NCBI GenBank assembly: GCA_009103225.1
Contig: RHPI01002568.1
Span: 261,742 to 325,722 of the forward strand
Source of the DNA: Chlorokybus atmophyticus
Lineage: Eukaryota > Plantae > Mesostigma and Chlorokybus algae
Direction: 5' to 3'
DNA length: 63,981 nucleotides
In this document: positions 1 through 13,600 of the stretch, piece after piece
How positions within the stretch are numbered: the stretch's first letter is position 1
How the letters are laid out: each line of letters opens with the position of its first letter
The notes under the pieces: model-generated
Told to the model about the DNA's origin: nothing
The model's input: only the letters and a program-made list of their open reading frames with translations
Databases searched by the model: none
Program-made: the position numbers and the translations under genes

Positions 1-384
1 CACAAATCATTGCCACCATTTCACATGACACAGTAAATGATGGCCTGGTGCTTCTAGCCGAGCTTGGTCAATGGTTTTTGCGCGCAGTACGTCGAAATTG
101 TGCACAGCTGGAAGCCGTTAGCTGGAAGCCGTTTGCTTACGGTTGTAAGCAAACGGCTTTCAGCTGTTACGTTGGTGTTCTTATGCTTTATGCTTTAAGC
201 GCACACACGAGCTCACGCGCGTGCACGCATGCCCGCACGCACGCACACTTACACATACACAAGAGCGCGCGCACGCACAGCTACAGACGAACCCTTAGGT
301 GCAACAAGCACGTACTCAGCTTGCTTGTTCTTGAACCCTGCATTCAAAACAGAACAGGCACAGCTGACACATTGCATATCGCTC
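1..384 (+). repeat. Exact copy of 6782-7165 (intron 2 of the protease gene)
   Basis: Base-for-base identity at offset 6781 up to ...gcatatcgctc. This copy then runs into a poly-C tract. Confidence 0.95.
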
Positions 385-998
385 CACCCCCCCCCCCCCC
401 TCCCAAAACAAACAAAGAACAAACAACAACATGGGGACATTATTATTATATTATTATTATTATTATTATTATTACGGCGAAGAGATGTCCCAAACAGCTT
501 CCCACACTTTCAGTTCAGCCTCACTCCTGCACACTGGCCAGCAGCACATGACGAGTCGTTCGCCTGTCATTATTGACGATTGACGACAACCGCCAAATAT
601 ATGTGCAGCGGTCCTCCACGACAGTTCCGTTATGCCGGACTGACCTGACAGGTCAGAGTCAAAGCTGCCGACCTGTCACACGTGAGATACGTCATCGAAC
701 GTCGTGATACGGCCTGCCACATATCTAGAAGCCGCAGCAGTGGCGTGTGGCATAGGCTGCCAATGCCGCAGATGCCTATAGTAGGCACCTACTGTCTGAC
801 AGGCAGACAGAGAGCCAGAGTAATGGAGTACAGCTTATAGGCAGAGTATAGGCAGATTGTAGGGGGTGTACTGAATTCTATCAAAGCTTTGTGTAACAAT
901 AACGGCGACGGTTGATTGGGCGTCTGCTGAGGACTGCTGCAGTCCGACCGCATCACACAGTGTAGATTTTACACTCGCTACCACAACATACTGCGCTA

Positions 999-3836
999 AT
1001 GCAGATGTCCTTCAAATGTGCTTATTTTGCCCCCCACCCCCGGGGGAGGGGGGCCGCCACAATAATTCTAGTGCACGTGGCGGCTGCCCTAATTTGGCTG
1101 CCTGGCTGGCTGCCTGGACGCTGCGCCCACAGCATCAGCATAGTGTCGAGTGGGTTAGAGGCCAGGCCACGACTGCAAGACGGTGGGTGGGTGCGTGTGA
1201 AGTCAGTCAGTACACACTCCAACATTACAGCCCTGGCCTGCCAGCCTTGCGCACTCACGGTGGCCACCGAGTACACACATATCCGTCTGCCTACACACAC
1301 ATGTGTCACGCCATCAACTTAGACTCTGTGACTGCGCCGCTTACTTAGCACATGTAGTAGAGAACACACCTGGTGTGGTGAGGTGTGTACCCCCCCCCTC
1401 CTTCCCCGAAGCTGCTCTGCATGCTTTTGTAGTTTGCCGGGGGTCACACAGCACTGAATCTGACAAGTCCTGTGTGACCCAATGAGTCCTTCCAGTCGAA
1501 ATTGTCTTTGATCAAAGCAGCAGCAGTTGATCTTTCTCTCCCCGCAACAAAACTCCTCCTCCACCTCTCCTCCTTTGTTCCCCACACCTACAAGCATGAC
1601 GCGGCTACCACCTCCTCCAACACGTTGCCCCCATCACAGCTGCATGCAATACTTCGTCATCATATCACTGGCATTCCTGTGCATGCTCTCCCCCTGCACT
1701 GCCAGTAGTACTCCACCCTGCTCCTGGTACTCCTCCTCGGACCCGCAGTCCGCCTGCGCCACGCTGCTCTCCGCCGACTCCAAAAGCTTCTTCGACTACG
1801 CCGCCAAGCTATTAGACCCGCCCGCTGTGGTCAAAGAACATGCTTACGCCACATGCACCATCGCGTTCTCCGTCAAGGTGCGTGTGCGTGTGAGTTCGAG
1901 TGAGTGCGAAAGGTTGCACGACAGTTGGTTGATAACATACCAACACAGGTGACTGGCATCCCGACGTCGTACATGCCGTACGAGCTGGCGATAGCCAAAA
2001 CGGATGCCGGGGGCGCATGCCCGAGCGTGTGGCCCGAAAGCGACGCCTCACTCATGTACTGGTCCGGGGTAAAGGCGCAGGTGGGTGCAGTACATGTGTG
2101 TCGATGCATATACATAGCATATACATAGCATCAGCTGCACTGGTGGTGACATGTTGATACAAAGTACACGTGGCCGTCTGTCTGCACATGCTGTTGTCAA
2201 TCCTTGTTTCAACTTGTAGGCCTCCACGTTGCAGCGCACATGCACACACAACCCGTCCCCTCCCACCCACTCACCCCCAGACACAGACACACGCACGCTC
2301 ACACACATTGGAACAGTCACATGCACACACAAACACAACCACAATTCGTTTCCTCGCGTGCAGGACTACACATGGACGTTCCAGGACTCGCAGCGTACGG
2401 ATCCGGGAGGCGCGTACTGTTTCCTTGCGCAGTGCTACGGCGCCTCCAACTGCTTCCCGTTCGATGCGGAGGCCTCAATGAAGGTTGACGCGAGCGAATG
2501 CGCCAGCAGCACCAATCAGGTGGCGTGTGGGGGGAGGTGGAGTCCATGTGTGTGCTTGTGCGCGCGTACGCATGTACGGGCGTGTATGCGCTTGTGCATG
2601 CATGTGCGTTCGGAGGAGGGAGGNNNNNNNNNNNNNNNNNNNNNNNNNNNNNNNNNNNNNNNNNNNNNNNNNNNNNNNNNNNNNNNNNNNNNNNNNNNNN
2701 NNNNNNNNNNNNNNNNNNNNNNNNNNNNNNNNNNNNNNNNNNNNNNNNNNNNNNNNNNNNNNNNNNNNNNNNNNNNNNNNNNNNNNNNNNNNNNNNNNNG
2801 GGGGGGGGGGGGGGGGGGGGAGAGCGCACTGCAACCTTGTTAGTGACTGCTACTGCTTCCAACACTACCAATCATCAAGTTCATAGCTCTCTGGATACCG
2901 TCACCACCACCACCACCACTGCTACCACCACTACGATGAATTAGCAGTGATACTGGCAGACTACTACCACTGCCAATCAAAGTAGTGCTGCTACTGCTGA
3001 ATATCACTGCCAACATCACTAGCACTGCCAGCATTATCGCGTTGTGATTGCAAGAGCCACTCCTATCTGCTCTGGCTACCTAAGTGTCCCTGCACAGCCT
3101 CAATCCACAACCAACGAGTGCTTTTCTGTTCCAACATGAGCTGAATCTCTCTTCCAGTTCTCGTTCTCGTCCTCATTCTCTCTCTCATCAACAGGCACCC
3201 GGCAGCAGCTCACCACCCATCTCACCATCCAACTCCCCTCCCAACTCGCCTTCCAACTCGCCTTCCAACTCGCCTTCCAACTCGCCTTCCATCTCCCCTT
3301 CCCGCTCCCCTTCCCTCTCCCCTTCTGCCAAGAGCTCTTCTTCGTCTGCGCCTGTTGGTGTCATTGTGGGGGTTGTTGGTGGGGTGATAGGGGCGGTGGT
3401 GTTCGTGGGAGTGATGTACTGCTGCTGCAGAAAGACGGTGGGTGTGAGCACAGTGTGTGTGTGTGTGTCTGTGCGCGTTTGAAGCCATGACAACTCTGTC
3501 TTATTGAGACTTACTTGTTGCTGGCTACTTCTCGTACTCTCAGTGTTTGTTGATTGAGCGAGTGCTTACTGAGAAGTGTTGAGTTGTGTTCTGTTGTGGG
3601 CGGTGTTGCAGCAGCCGAAGACGTCGCCCGCAGCTCTGCCCACTCATAATGCCGCTGTCGTGCCCGCGAGTGTGGTTCAGCAAAGCGCCAACACCGCCCA
3701 CAGTCACAACAAGGTCCAAAGCGACAACACCACGACCACCAACACCAACAGCAACAACCAGGTCAACACCACCATCATCCACCACCACTACGGCGGCGGT
3801 GCATCGCCCAACGCGTCCCCGCCGACATCGCCCTGA
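999..3836 (+). CDS. Multi-exon type I membrane protein of unknown family (Cys-containing ectodomain, Ser/Pro stalk, TM, short tail); interrupted by N gap
   Basis: GT-AG bounded coding blocks at about 1706-1878, 1949-2080, 2363-2519, 3195-3437 and 3611-3836. Contains (SPSN)n stalk and hydrophobic [22 protein letters not shown] followed by CCCRK. The start near 999-1050 is signal-peptide-like but uncertain. Confidence 0.6.
2624..2799. other. Assembly gap (N run) followed by poly-G
   Basis: N characters in the sequence. Confidence 1.
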
Positions 3837-4495
3837 CCAACAACAGGTGGAGTTGGTGATTGTGAAGTTATGCCGCAAACCTGACTTCGTGCTCCAATGC
3901 GTGTGTGCATGTGCACGCGCCCATATCTGTTTGCGTGTGCGCACGTGCGTGCGTGCAGATCATGCGTGCGTGTGTGTGTGTGCTTTGTCACATGCAGGTA
4001 ATATGCTTGTGTGGTTGCAGGCACTTGTCTGATGATGCACCGACGGGCCACAACTTCTACCGCAAACGGCCAGAGCAGGAAGGCAATTTGTGTCACCTCT
4101 CCGAGACATGTGCAACATGTGGACGCTGTTGTGTGGGCGCGGGTGAGGGGGCGGATGGGCGACAGGCGGACATGAGGCAGCATACTGCGTCACGCAAAGT
4201 AGTCGGCGTTCAACACCATACACCATTGATTGCAGTGACGCGGACAATGTGTTGGTGTGCACATACAAGTGCGCACATGTAAATGCACACCTCCAGACTG
4301 TCGCTGGCGTGAGCTGACTGTATGATGCGGTGACTAACTTGTAGGGTATTCAAAGCAACAACACTAATGGTACTACTGATACGCAAACTATTACTCTCCG
4401 CCTACGACTTGTTGAACAGAATTTGACGCTGTATGTAGTTGGCTATACCTCCGCCAAAGTAGTGTCTCTGCAGTCTCGTGCGTGTTGCGTACCTG

Positions 4496-4497
<2 letters not shown>

Positions 4498-4532
<35 letters not shown>
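4498..4532 (+). repeat. (CAA)n microsatellite
   Basis: Direct reading. Confidence 0.9.
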
Positions 4533-6352
4533 TCTTGGTACGTCACCTCATTGTTGGTTCAGCACAGCAGGTTGGAGGGGCTCCTATGAGGTGAGCGAAC
4601 TCTCGGAACTTCATCGTATGACTCCGTTTGACACTGCAAGCACCGAGAGGGTAAAGGATTTCTGAACTCACACTTAACAAATGCAGTTGTTCCGCACTGC
4701 TGCAAATGCGCCCCCGTGTGCTACAGACGGTCTTTGTGCACACATGCGCATTTGCGCACACAGACACACGTTGTGGTTGTGTGCTCTACAACTGCATTGC
4801 CAAGCCTGTGTATGCACATAGGAGCACGTAGCAAAGTAGTGCCCCGGGTGGAATATGATTGTGCATGTTTGCTTGCTCTAGTCTTGTTTGCTTGTATGTG
4901 ACATGTGCACGGACTGCATGTGTGAAATACGACTTATCCCCTATGCCTGAGCGAACATGCATGCACACATTAATGCGCATGAAACGCGCGTGTGCGCGTG
5001 GCGAATAGGGCACTATAGCTATCATAGCTATACTGAGATAACTATAGCTATAGTAACCTTACCCCTAGAACATATTGTCATCATGATTGCAATGCACTAT
5101 TCCATGTGAGCTTTATATAACTTAGCCTTCTTGATCAAATGTGTCGCGTAATGTTTGTTTATGTTTATTGGTAGATTGAAAACAATAAGCTTGCGGGTAG
5201 GTCATATAATAACAGCCCATTCGGAAGTACATTGAGCGCCGGATTTACTAAAAATCAAATTGCAACGCAAATTGCTGATTTGGCAAAGTGTCAATGTTTT
5301 GCTATCAACTACAAGATCATCACCACTTTGAAGTTTATTACCGCGGTGCTTTGCTTGTGCTGCATACGCAAAGATTTGGGTCATCAAGTGTTTAAATATA
5401 TGGCACTTGTAGACGCGAATGGAATAGTATCTGAAGTGTATACGTGTTTAAAAGTTGCATTATTGCAGTCACATGTAGTTATGTAAATACCAAAAGGCAA
5501 CGTAGTGAAAAGATATAATTGCATGCAAAAGCATGGATGAATTGAAACGGATAAGACTTTTCTATGGTACCATTGTAACGGAAACCAACAACTATAATAC
5601 GGTATTGACATGACAAACCATTTTCATTTATGACTGAAATTGACATGGGGTGTTCAGCTGTTCATCTAACGGGTGTGGTCACTATCACACCCACGTACAA
5701 ATTCATCATATCTACAACAATATGACAATTGGCTCAACTTCAATTTGCCATTACAGTACGAAACGTGTAAACGTATAGTTAACCCACATATTGAGTCATC
5801 AACGCATAATGAATGATGGCTGATTATTTTTGTTGAACTGCTTGGATGTTCGTGTAGATAATGATAGTAATTATATCATGCATTTTTTTTAATTAAATCA
5901 CTATTGAGGATAGGCCAAATACGATGGTGTAGGTGCCTATCGGTTGTGAGATTACTGCCACCTGGTACGCACACTGATATATCGAGGGTGCGCTTTTAGA
6001 GCTCCAGAATAACACTACATCATTTGGTAAACAGTGCAGTTTGCAAACATTCAATTAGACGACTCTCCGTGCGCCATGATCATGGAGAGTGGGCAGGCGG
6101 TCACTGCCGTCGTGACTCTGTGTTGCGTTTGACCGCGCACGTGCTTCAGCCACAATGCAGCCCCGAGAGAGCTTTTCTCCGCAACACTTTGCCGTCAACA
6201 CACTGCCGGCGGCGGCCGCATCATCGTCATCGTCAGCATTGTCGTCGTCGTGGCCGAGGGCAGGCCTGACTTAGGCAGACATGCGGTAGGGAAGCAGGTG
6301 TGGTGGAAGAAGGTGTGGAACATAGAGGGCTAGGCGGATTCTGTCGTGCTGG

Positions 6353-7644
6353 ATGGGGAGGGGAAGGCCGCCTTCAGGGGCGGCAGCGGTGGTGTTGGTG
6401 GCGTTGCTGACAGCATGCGCAAGTACGCTGCAGCTGGTTTCCGCTCTGCCAGCTCAGGGTAAGACGAGGTCAAGCTGCTTCTGTGGTATATTCATGTTGC
6501 TTGGTCCAGCAACAGCCTTACAATTTGGAGGAAAGATCAGCAACCTGGTCACCATGCAGCTGCTGCCAAGTTGGTCTAGTGGATACTTCGCTTGGATTAA
6601 CGTTGTTTGGAGGGTCAGAGATTTGTCTTAAGTATGTTGGTTGTTGTGTCCATTGTCATATGCAGGTAGCAGGCTGAGCAGCTCCCTGCGCCACGAGCAT
6701 GAACTGCACCAGCAGAGGCATGCTTTGCTGCTTGAAGATCGCGGCGCACAGCAACAGCAAGGAGCTGCTATTCCTGGTGAGCACAAATCATTGCCACCAT
6801 TTCACATGACACAGTAAATGATGGCCTGGTGCTTCTAGCCGAGCTTGGTCAATGGTTTTTGCGCGCAGTACGTCGAAATTGTGCACAGCTGGAAGCCGTT
6901 AGCTGGAAGCCGTTTGCTTACGGTTGTAAGCAAACGGCTTTCAGCTGTTACGTTGGTGTTCTTATGCTTTATGCTTTAAGCGCACACACGAGCTCACGCG
7001 CGTGCACGCATGCCCGCACGCACGCACACTTACACATACACAAGAGCGCGCGCACGCACAGCTACAGACGAACCCTTAGGTGCAACAAGCACGTACTCAG
7101 CTTGCTTGTTCTTGAACCCTGCATTCAAAACAGAACAGGCACAGCTGACACATTGCATATCGCTCTTATTCATCAACGTGCCACACCTTCACCGTGTCCC
7201 GCAGCCCCCACCCCCCACACCAGCACCCACAAGGTCCCCTTCCACCCTCCTCACCTGGGCATCGCCCTCCTCACCCTCCTCGCCACTAACGGGACAGAGG
7301 CACTGCTTCTTGAAATAGAAGAGCTGGAGTTAGGCTTCGTTCCCACCGGGAGTAGAGGACAGACAGTGGTGTCGGGGTGGATGCCGGCAGGGAGGATGAG
7401 TGAGCTGGAGAAGGTGGGGCAGTTGAGACATGCGGATATATCGAGAGCGGTGCCCAGGGGGAGGAGGAGATTGATGGATGCGTCTTCGACTGTGGAGAAA
7501 GGAGGGAGAGTGATCTCGCAAGGTGAGCACTGTGGGGGTAGGCGTAAATAATGTGCGCGCGCGCGCACCTTTGTGCTGACATCAACCGCGTGCACCTGTT
7601 CGTGTGCGTGTGCATGCTTGTGAGCACCCACGTGTGCGTGCGTA

Positions 7645-7675
<31 letters not shown>

Positions 7676-10600
7676 GCGTGTATGTGCGTGCGCGCGTGTG
7701 CATGTGCGTGTAAATGTGCTTGTGTGCGTACGTGCACGTATGTTTGTGCGTGCCTGCGTGTCCCTGTTCTTATGCACCTGCGTCTCTTTGCGAGCATACC
7801 TCTATGTCGTTTTGCAGGTGTCAAAGCGCTCGGTGTTGACGTTGTGCGCTCCATATACGGCGTCACGGGGTCCGGCGTGAAGGTCGGGGTGATATCCGAC
7901 TCATTCGATATCCACGGAGGCTACCAGACAGGTGACCGTGTGGCTACCAAAAGGCCACTCACTCACCTGCGTAGACACCATGCATTATTCCACACTACGT
8001 ATTGTTGGTCTCACTCAAGCAATGTCAACAGATGTGGAGAATGGAGAGCTGCCTGCTCGTGTCACCGTGTTGAAAGAGTTTGAGGGCCTCGGGTTCCCTG
8101 ATGGCGCAAATCTGGAGGACTTTGTCATAGATGAGGTATACACACACATGTAGCTTACACAACAACGTTCACCTGATAACACCTTTCTCCTTCTCTCAGG
8201 GTCGAGCAATGCTTCAGATCATCCACGACATTGCACCGGACGCAGACCTGTACTTCCACACAGGTACCAACATGTGCGCAACATGTGTGCAACGTTTGTG
8301 CTTGTGGCCCTCATCACAAACATGCTTGTACACACAGGGTTTGAGGGTCTCCCTCAGTTTGAGACTGCTGTCACGGCGCTCGTGGCGCAGGGTGTGAACA
8401 TAATTATAGACGACCTTTTCTATCTCAACGTAGGTATTGTGTGTTACGAATCTCTTTGACTGCACAACATCCCAACTTGTTGGCTGGATGCTTACGACTC
8501 ATCAGGAGCCCTATTTGTCGGACGGGACGCTTTCAGATGTGATCAGAGCTGCAAAGACAGCCGGCGTGTCCTACTTCACGTCTGCGGGTGAGTCTCACAA
8601 TGTGGGTAATGTGTTGGGTACGCGTATGCGTGCGTGTGGTGTAGACATTTGTTGAGCCTCCTCCTCATCTGCAGGCAATGATGGCATGCAGAGCTATGTG
8701 GGTGCGATGGTCGCAAAGCCAGTGGGCCAGTTCTCCCTGCACAGGTTTTCTGTGCAGGAGGGGCCGTACCAGCGAATCCGTGTGTGCGGGCAGTGCACAA
8801 TCACACTCGTCTTACAGGTAGGTGTGTGCTCATTGTATTCTGTATAAAGCTAGCAACGGGTTATAACACACCCATGCGCACGCATACACGCACACGCTGA
8901 TACTAGCAGTCATGCGCAGTGGGACGATCAGTTTGAGACCAACAGCGGCAAGCCCACGAGCACGGACTTGGACCTGTACCTGCTGAAAGGCCCTCAACCC
9001 AACATCAACAATGCGAACACAATAGTGACGGACTCCACCGATGACAACAGTAAGTGCTATTATAGCGTCAAAGTAGTAGATGATCTGACTGATGAGCCGT
9101 GTCATCCTTGCATGACAACCTTGACAAGTCGTGTTAAAAGTACTCTCATCGCGTGCAGTTGCCAGCGGCGAGCCTGTCGAGAAGTTGGCAGCGTAAGTTT
9201 GATGCCCGCATAAGCACATGAGTTGAGGGCGGAGTACATTCTCAACTGAGTAACTTTGCATGCCTATGGCAGATTCTGCAACCTGCCATTGGGCGCATAC
9301 TGCACCAACTACATCGCCATCAGCCTCTCCCACGGCCCGTAAGACCAACACATTCTCACATCATCCACCACTCACCCACACATCCCCACAACAGTCCCCA
9401 TCCACCACAACAACGTGCACACATACACGCAGATCTCCCAAAGCCGTCAAGTATCTCCTCCACTTCACTCTCCCCGCCGACGCTGGCTTACTGGGCGACC
9501 CGTCCCTACTAACAGCCGCCCCCGTCGACAAGATCAACTTCGACAAGGGCACCGTGTTGGGTCACGCTAACTGCGAGGCTGCGACGGCTGTGGGAGCTAT
9601 GTACTGGAAGGACACACCCGCATACAACAACAACAACAACAACAATGCCAACAACAGCAACCAGCCTTCTTTTTATAGTAGTGGTGGGGGTGTTGGCGTG
9701 CTGATTGATAGTGCCGGTAAGAGGTATAATAAGCCGGCGGTGCGGCGCAAGCCGCTGTTTGTTGCGCCGGATGGCGTGTCGGTTGATGTGGACACGTTCC
9801 CGACGGGGTTCTTCGGCACGTCTGCGGCAGCACCACATGCTGGTAGGTGCTATATAGTGAGTGTGTAGCGACCATCCCACCCACATTTGACTTGGTCAGT
9901 GTTGACATGCAGGTGAAGGGCTTCGCACATGTGTATGCACATGCTGACGCACACGCACACGCGCACGCACGCGCGCACGCCCACGTACACGTACACATTG
10001 ATATGCAACAACTCTCTGTGCAGGTGGTGTGGCTGCTCTTCTGCTGCAGGCCCGTCCCGACCTCCCTCCCGACAAGCTGATCGGTCTGATGGCGTACCAC
10101 GCGACCAAGGTGCAGCCGGACGACAAGTTCGACTTCCGGTGCGGGTACGGCGTCCTAAACGCCCTCAGCAGCTTCCAGGTGAGTGTGTGGGCATGAGATG
10201 TGTGTGTGTGAGTGCTGGTGTTGAATAATGTTACTCTTGTTTGGCAGGCTGCGGTTGACTCTGATAAGGACGGCCGCGTTGATGCTGTGGACGCATGCCA
10301 AGGCACGAAGGCCGGAGACGCTGTTGACAACGCCGGCTGCAGTATCAAACAGCTGTGCCCGTGCGATCACATGAAGGTGCGCATATGCGCCCGGTGTGGA
10401 TGTGTGCACGTACGTGTGTGGGCCTTCCTTAACCCAAAACTGTTGCTCACCACGCGTTTGATGTGTTCTGTCCAATTGGGATGACTCTGCAGGCTGGCCC
10501 GTGCTGGACGAACCACCTTGCGTACGTCAAGTGCGTCACAGACACGGCAGCTGCTTTCAGGGCTTCTCACAGCATCACTGCAAAGTATGTATAATGTTGC

Positions 10601-13600
10601 GATGTTGTGGGTATGCGTTCATTACTTGATTATAAGTAATGGGTGTTGTGTTATTGTCAGACTGCAGGCAACTGTGGTGGCTGCCGCCAATTCCTCCACT
10701 TGTGGCAACATCAAACTTTGCAAGGTGACATAAGTCTCAAACGTTGGAATGTGCTCAAAATGTTCATTATCACAACAGCAGAACTACAGGCTCCGAAACT
10801 CATGCACACATGTCGTTGTGCAGCTGTCTCCCCCGCCTCCTCCCCCACCCTCACCTCCAACAACATCCCCTCCACCTCCCTCACCGCCCCCGGCAGACCC
10901 CACCTCAGGCACATTGACACTCCTGTTGTCATCGTCGTCGTTGTTGGTGGTGGTGGTGATGATGTGTGTGTTGTGTAACAGGCGCTGCTCAGCTAACTGG
11001 CCAGCTCGTGGTGATCGCCACGGCGGACAACGTCAATGACCCGGAAGCCGAGGTGGTGGACCAGTCTGCTGAAGCACTGGCGGACATATGCGATGCAGGG
11101 TAAGGCTTGTGGTTGTGTGTGTGTGTGTGTGTGCGCCTGGTGCATGAAGTGCGCTTGACCATGGTTTCTTGCAACACAGGTCCAGCGACATCTGTGTGAT
11201 TCTCAGCCGGTCGTTTGTTGTGTCGGATGCGAGCCAAGGCCCGCATCGCAAGCTGCTCGGCGACAAGAAGAAGAAGTCCAATGGTTGCGGGTGAGCAAGC
11301 ATGAGCGTGACGCAACTCCACTGCAGTGCTGTGTGCATGTTGTTATTGTTCTGTCTACGGCTTCGCACTGCCCCTGTGTGGCTGGCATGTACTATAAGAG
11401 TTCAATGCAGGAAACGAAGGAGATCGTTGCTGGCAGTTGAGAATGCTGATGCAAATGGTGATGACATCGAAGAAAGAACAACGTCATCACTCACAACCCG
11501 CCTAAGACCATATCTCAACTTGACCTCCATAGTAAGCAACCATGGCCTTTGTTGACACTTACCAGCAAGTCAATGAAGGCTTCGGTCTCACACAACTGTA
11601 TGCGTGTCTCACAGAAGCAAAGGCACCGCAAGCTTGTGGACACAGTCAACTTGCTGCAGTTGGAGTTCGACTTCCAGATCACCGTTCCCGCGGAAGATGT
11701 GTTCACCGTGCAGGCGAAGCTGCTGGGGGCCAACGAAAACAATGGCTTTTACCAGACGCTGATCGCCACTCTGGCATACAAAGGTGACATATATGTCGCA
11801 TGTTACTGTAATACAAGACAACATGTTGCCTGCGTCATGGTGACTGATGGTGATGTGATTGTTCTTTTGCAGGGTTCTATGTTCTGGCGGCGTCGGTCGA
11901 AGTTGAAGGCTTTGAGTACTACCCTGACTGGTCTCTGCCTAGAAGCAAGGTAAATACCAGAGAAACGCTTGAGTTATTGTATAGGCACATGTACACGAGC
12001 ATGCACACACGCACACACAATTGCATGCATACATGCAAGCGGGCATGCGTGTGCACACCCGCACACGTGCACTGCCTGTACGCAGGCGCAATTGTTTATG
12101 TAGACACACACCCGCGCATGCATTGTGTCATACACGCGTGCGTGTATAGTTGCTGAGTATTGTGTTGTGGTTTGTTTGACAGGGAGCATGGGAGGTGCTC
12201 CCGCCCACGGTGCCAACCGGTCCCATGTGGAGTTACGCCGGCTCCCAAGTTGGCGACAGCAACTTCGTCTTCGCCGGCGGCTTGCCAAGTGAGATACCAA
12301 CACATCACATACACACTTCGCTCCCTTGCCCACACCCTGATCTCCGCATCGCATGTGCGCAGATGCGAAGGTGTGCATGACGTACAACGCCATCACCAGC
12401 GCGTTCACGACGTGTGCGGACATGCCCATCGGAGTCGTGTCGGCCTCGTCGGTGTTCTTCAGTGGGAAGGTGCATGTCACGGGTGGATTGGTGTTCAACA
12501 CGTCTACACCTACCACCAAAGTGCAAGTGAGCAGCTGATAATAGTACAGTGTGTGTGCATCCATCGCTGCACATGTTTGACTTGCTCTCACCTTGCTTGC
12601 CACGAGTCTGAGCTGATAGTGTCATCATCATGCAGAGGTATGACTTTCAGGCAAAGACATGGTCAACGTCTTTCCCTTCCCTTCAAGTGCCTCGCCACGG
12701 CCACGCAACATTTGTCTTCCGCGATCAGTTGTGCGTTGTGGGCGGCACATCGGAGGCCTACGCCAGCTCACCGGGTAAACTTACACCTCACCCAACATAT
12801 CGTCCAACTTGTGCATAACCTCTCATCAGCGTCTGTGTACCTCCAGTAATGGCGCCGACTGATGTCGTGGCTCGGGACGGGCCCTTCTCCAACCTTGCTA
12901 TCACTCCCTCTCTTCCAATGGAGTGCTATGTTGATGGACGCTGGAACGTAAGTCCTTGACACAACAAACACTCTATCTCATATAGTGTTCACCCCATGTC
13001 AACCTTTTCCTGTCTTCATAGGTTATGTACACCCCAGACGAGTCCCTGGCAAGCATCCCCTTTGTTCTCGGCGCTTACACGCCCACGCTGTCCGTGTACA
13101 GCACGTTGTACTTCTTCACCGCTAATGCCGATTCCAGTGACGCTTACATCCTGACGGAGCAGACATATTCAGACTGGGGGGGAGTGGACTTTACGACAAT
13201 CCCAACCATGCCCACCAAACGACGCGGCGCAGGTGGGTGAAAATAAAATGTTGGGATGTTGGGTTGTTGTATGCCTCACCTTGCTTGTTGGTAAAGTGGT
13301 CCAACCCAACACGTGCTTGTCATCAGGTCTTCGTGGGTCGTTGTGTGTCCTGGGTGAGGTCATAACAACCATGTGTGCATGTCAATAGGTGTGACTGTGC
13401 TGGATGATGGCAGCGGCCTCTTCCTGGTTGTTGTCGGCGGCATGGATATCACCACGGGCGCTCCCTCGTCCGTGGCGGAAATCTACCAGCCTTACACGGA
13501 TTTCTGGGCCACCATCAGCCCCATGAACGTGCCGCGCGCATACATGTCCCTCTTTACTTCAGCGAGTGCGTGGCGGGGGAAACCCAACATGATGTTGTTT

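Noticed and set aside
48-551. 167-aa ORF duplicated at 6829
   Set aside because: It starts at a non-ATG codon, lies in intronic duplicated sequence, and has no recognisable domain.
600-875. Short inverted and direct motifs (ctgacctgacaggtcag, ataggcag repeats) as transposon ends
   Set aside because: No matching partner terminus or TSD was found.
2229-2944. ORFs spanning the N gap (likewise 25511-26056)
   Set aside because: They stay open only because N codons are not stops.
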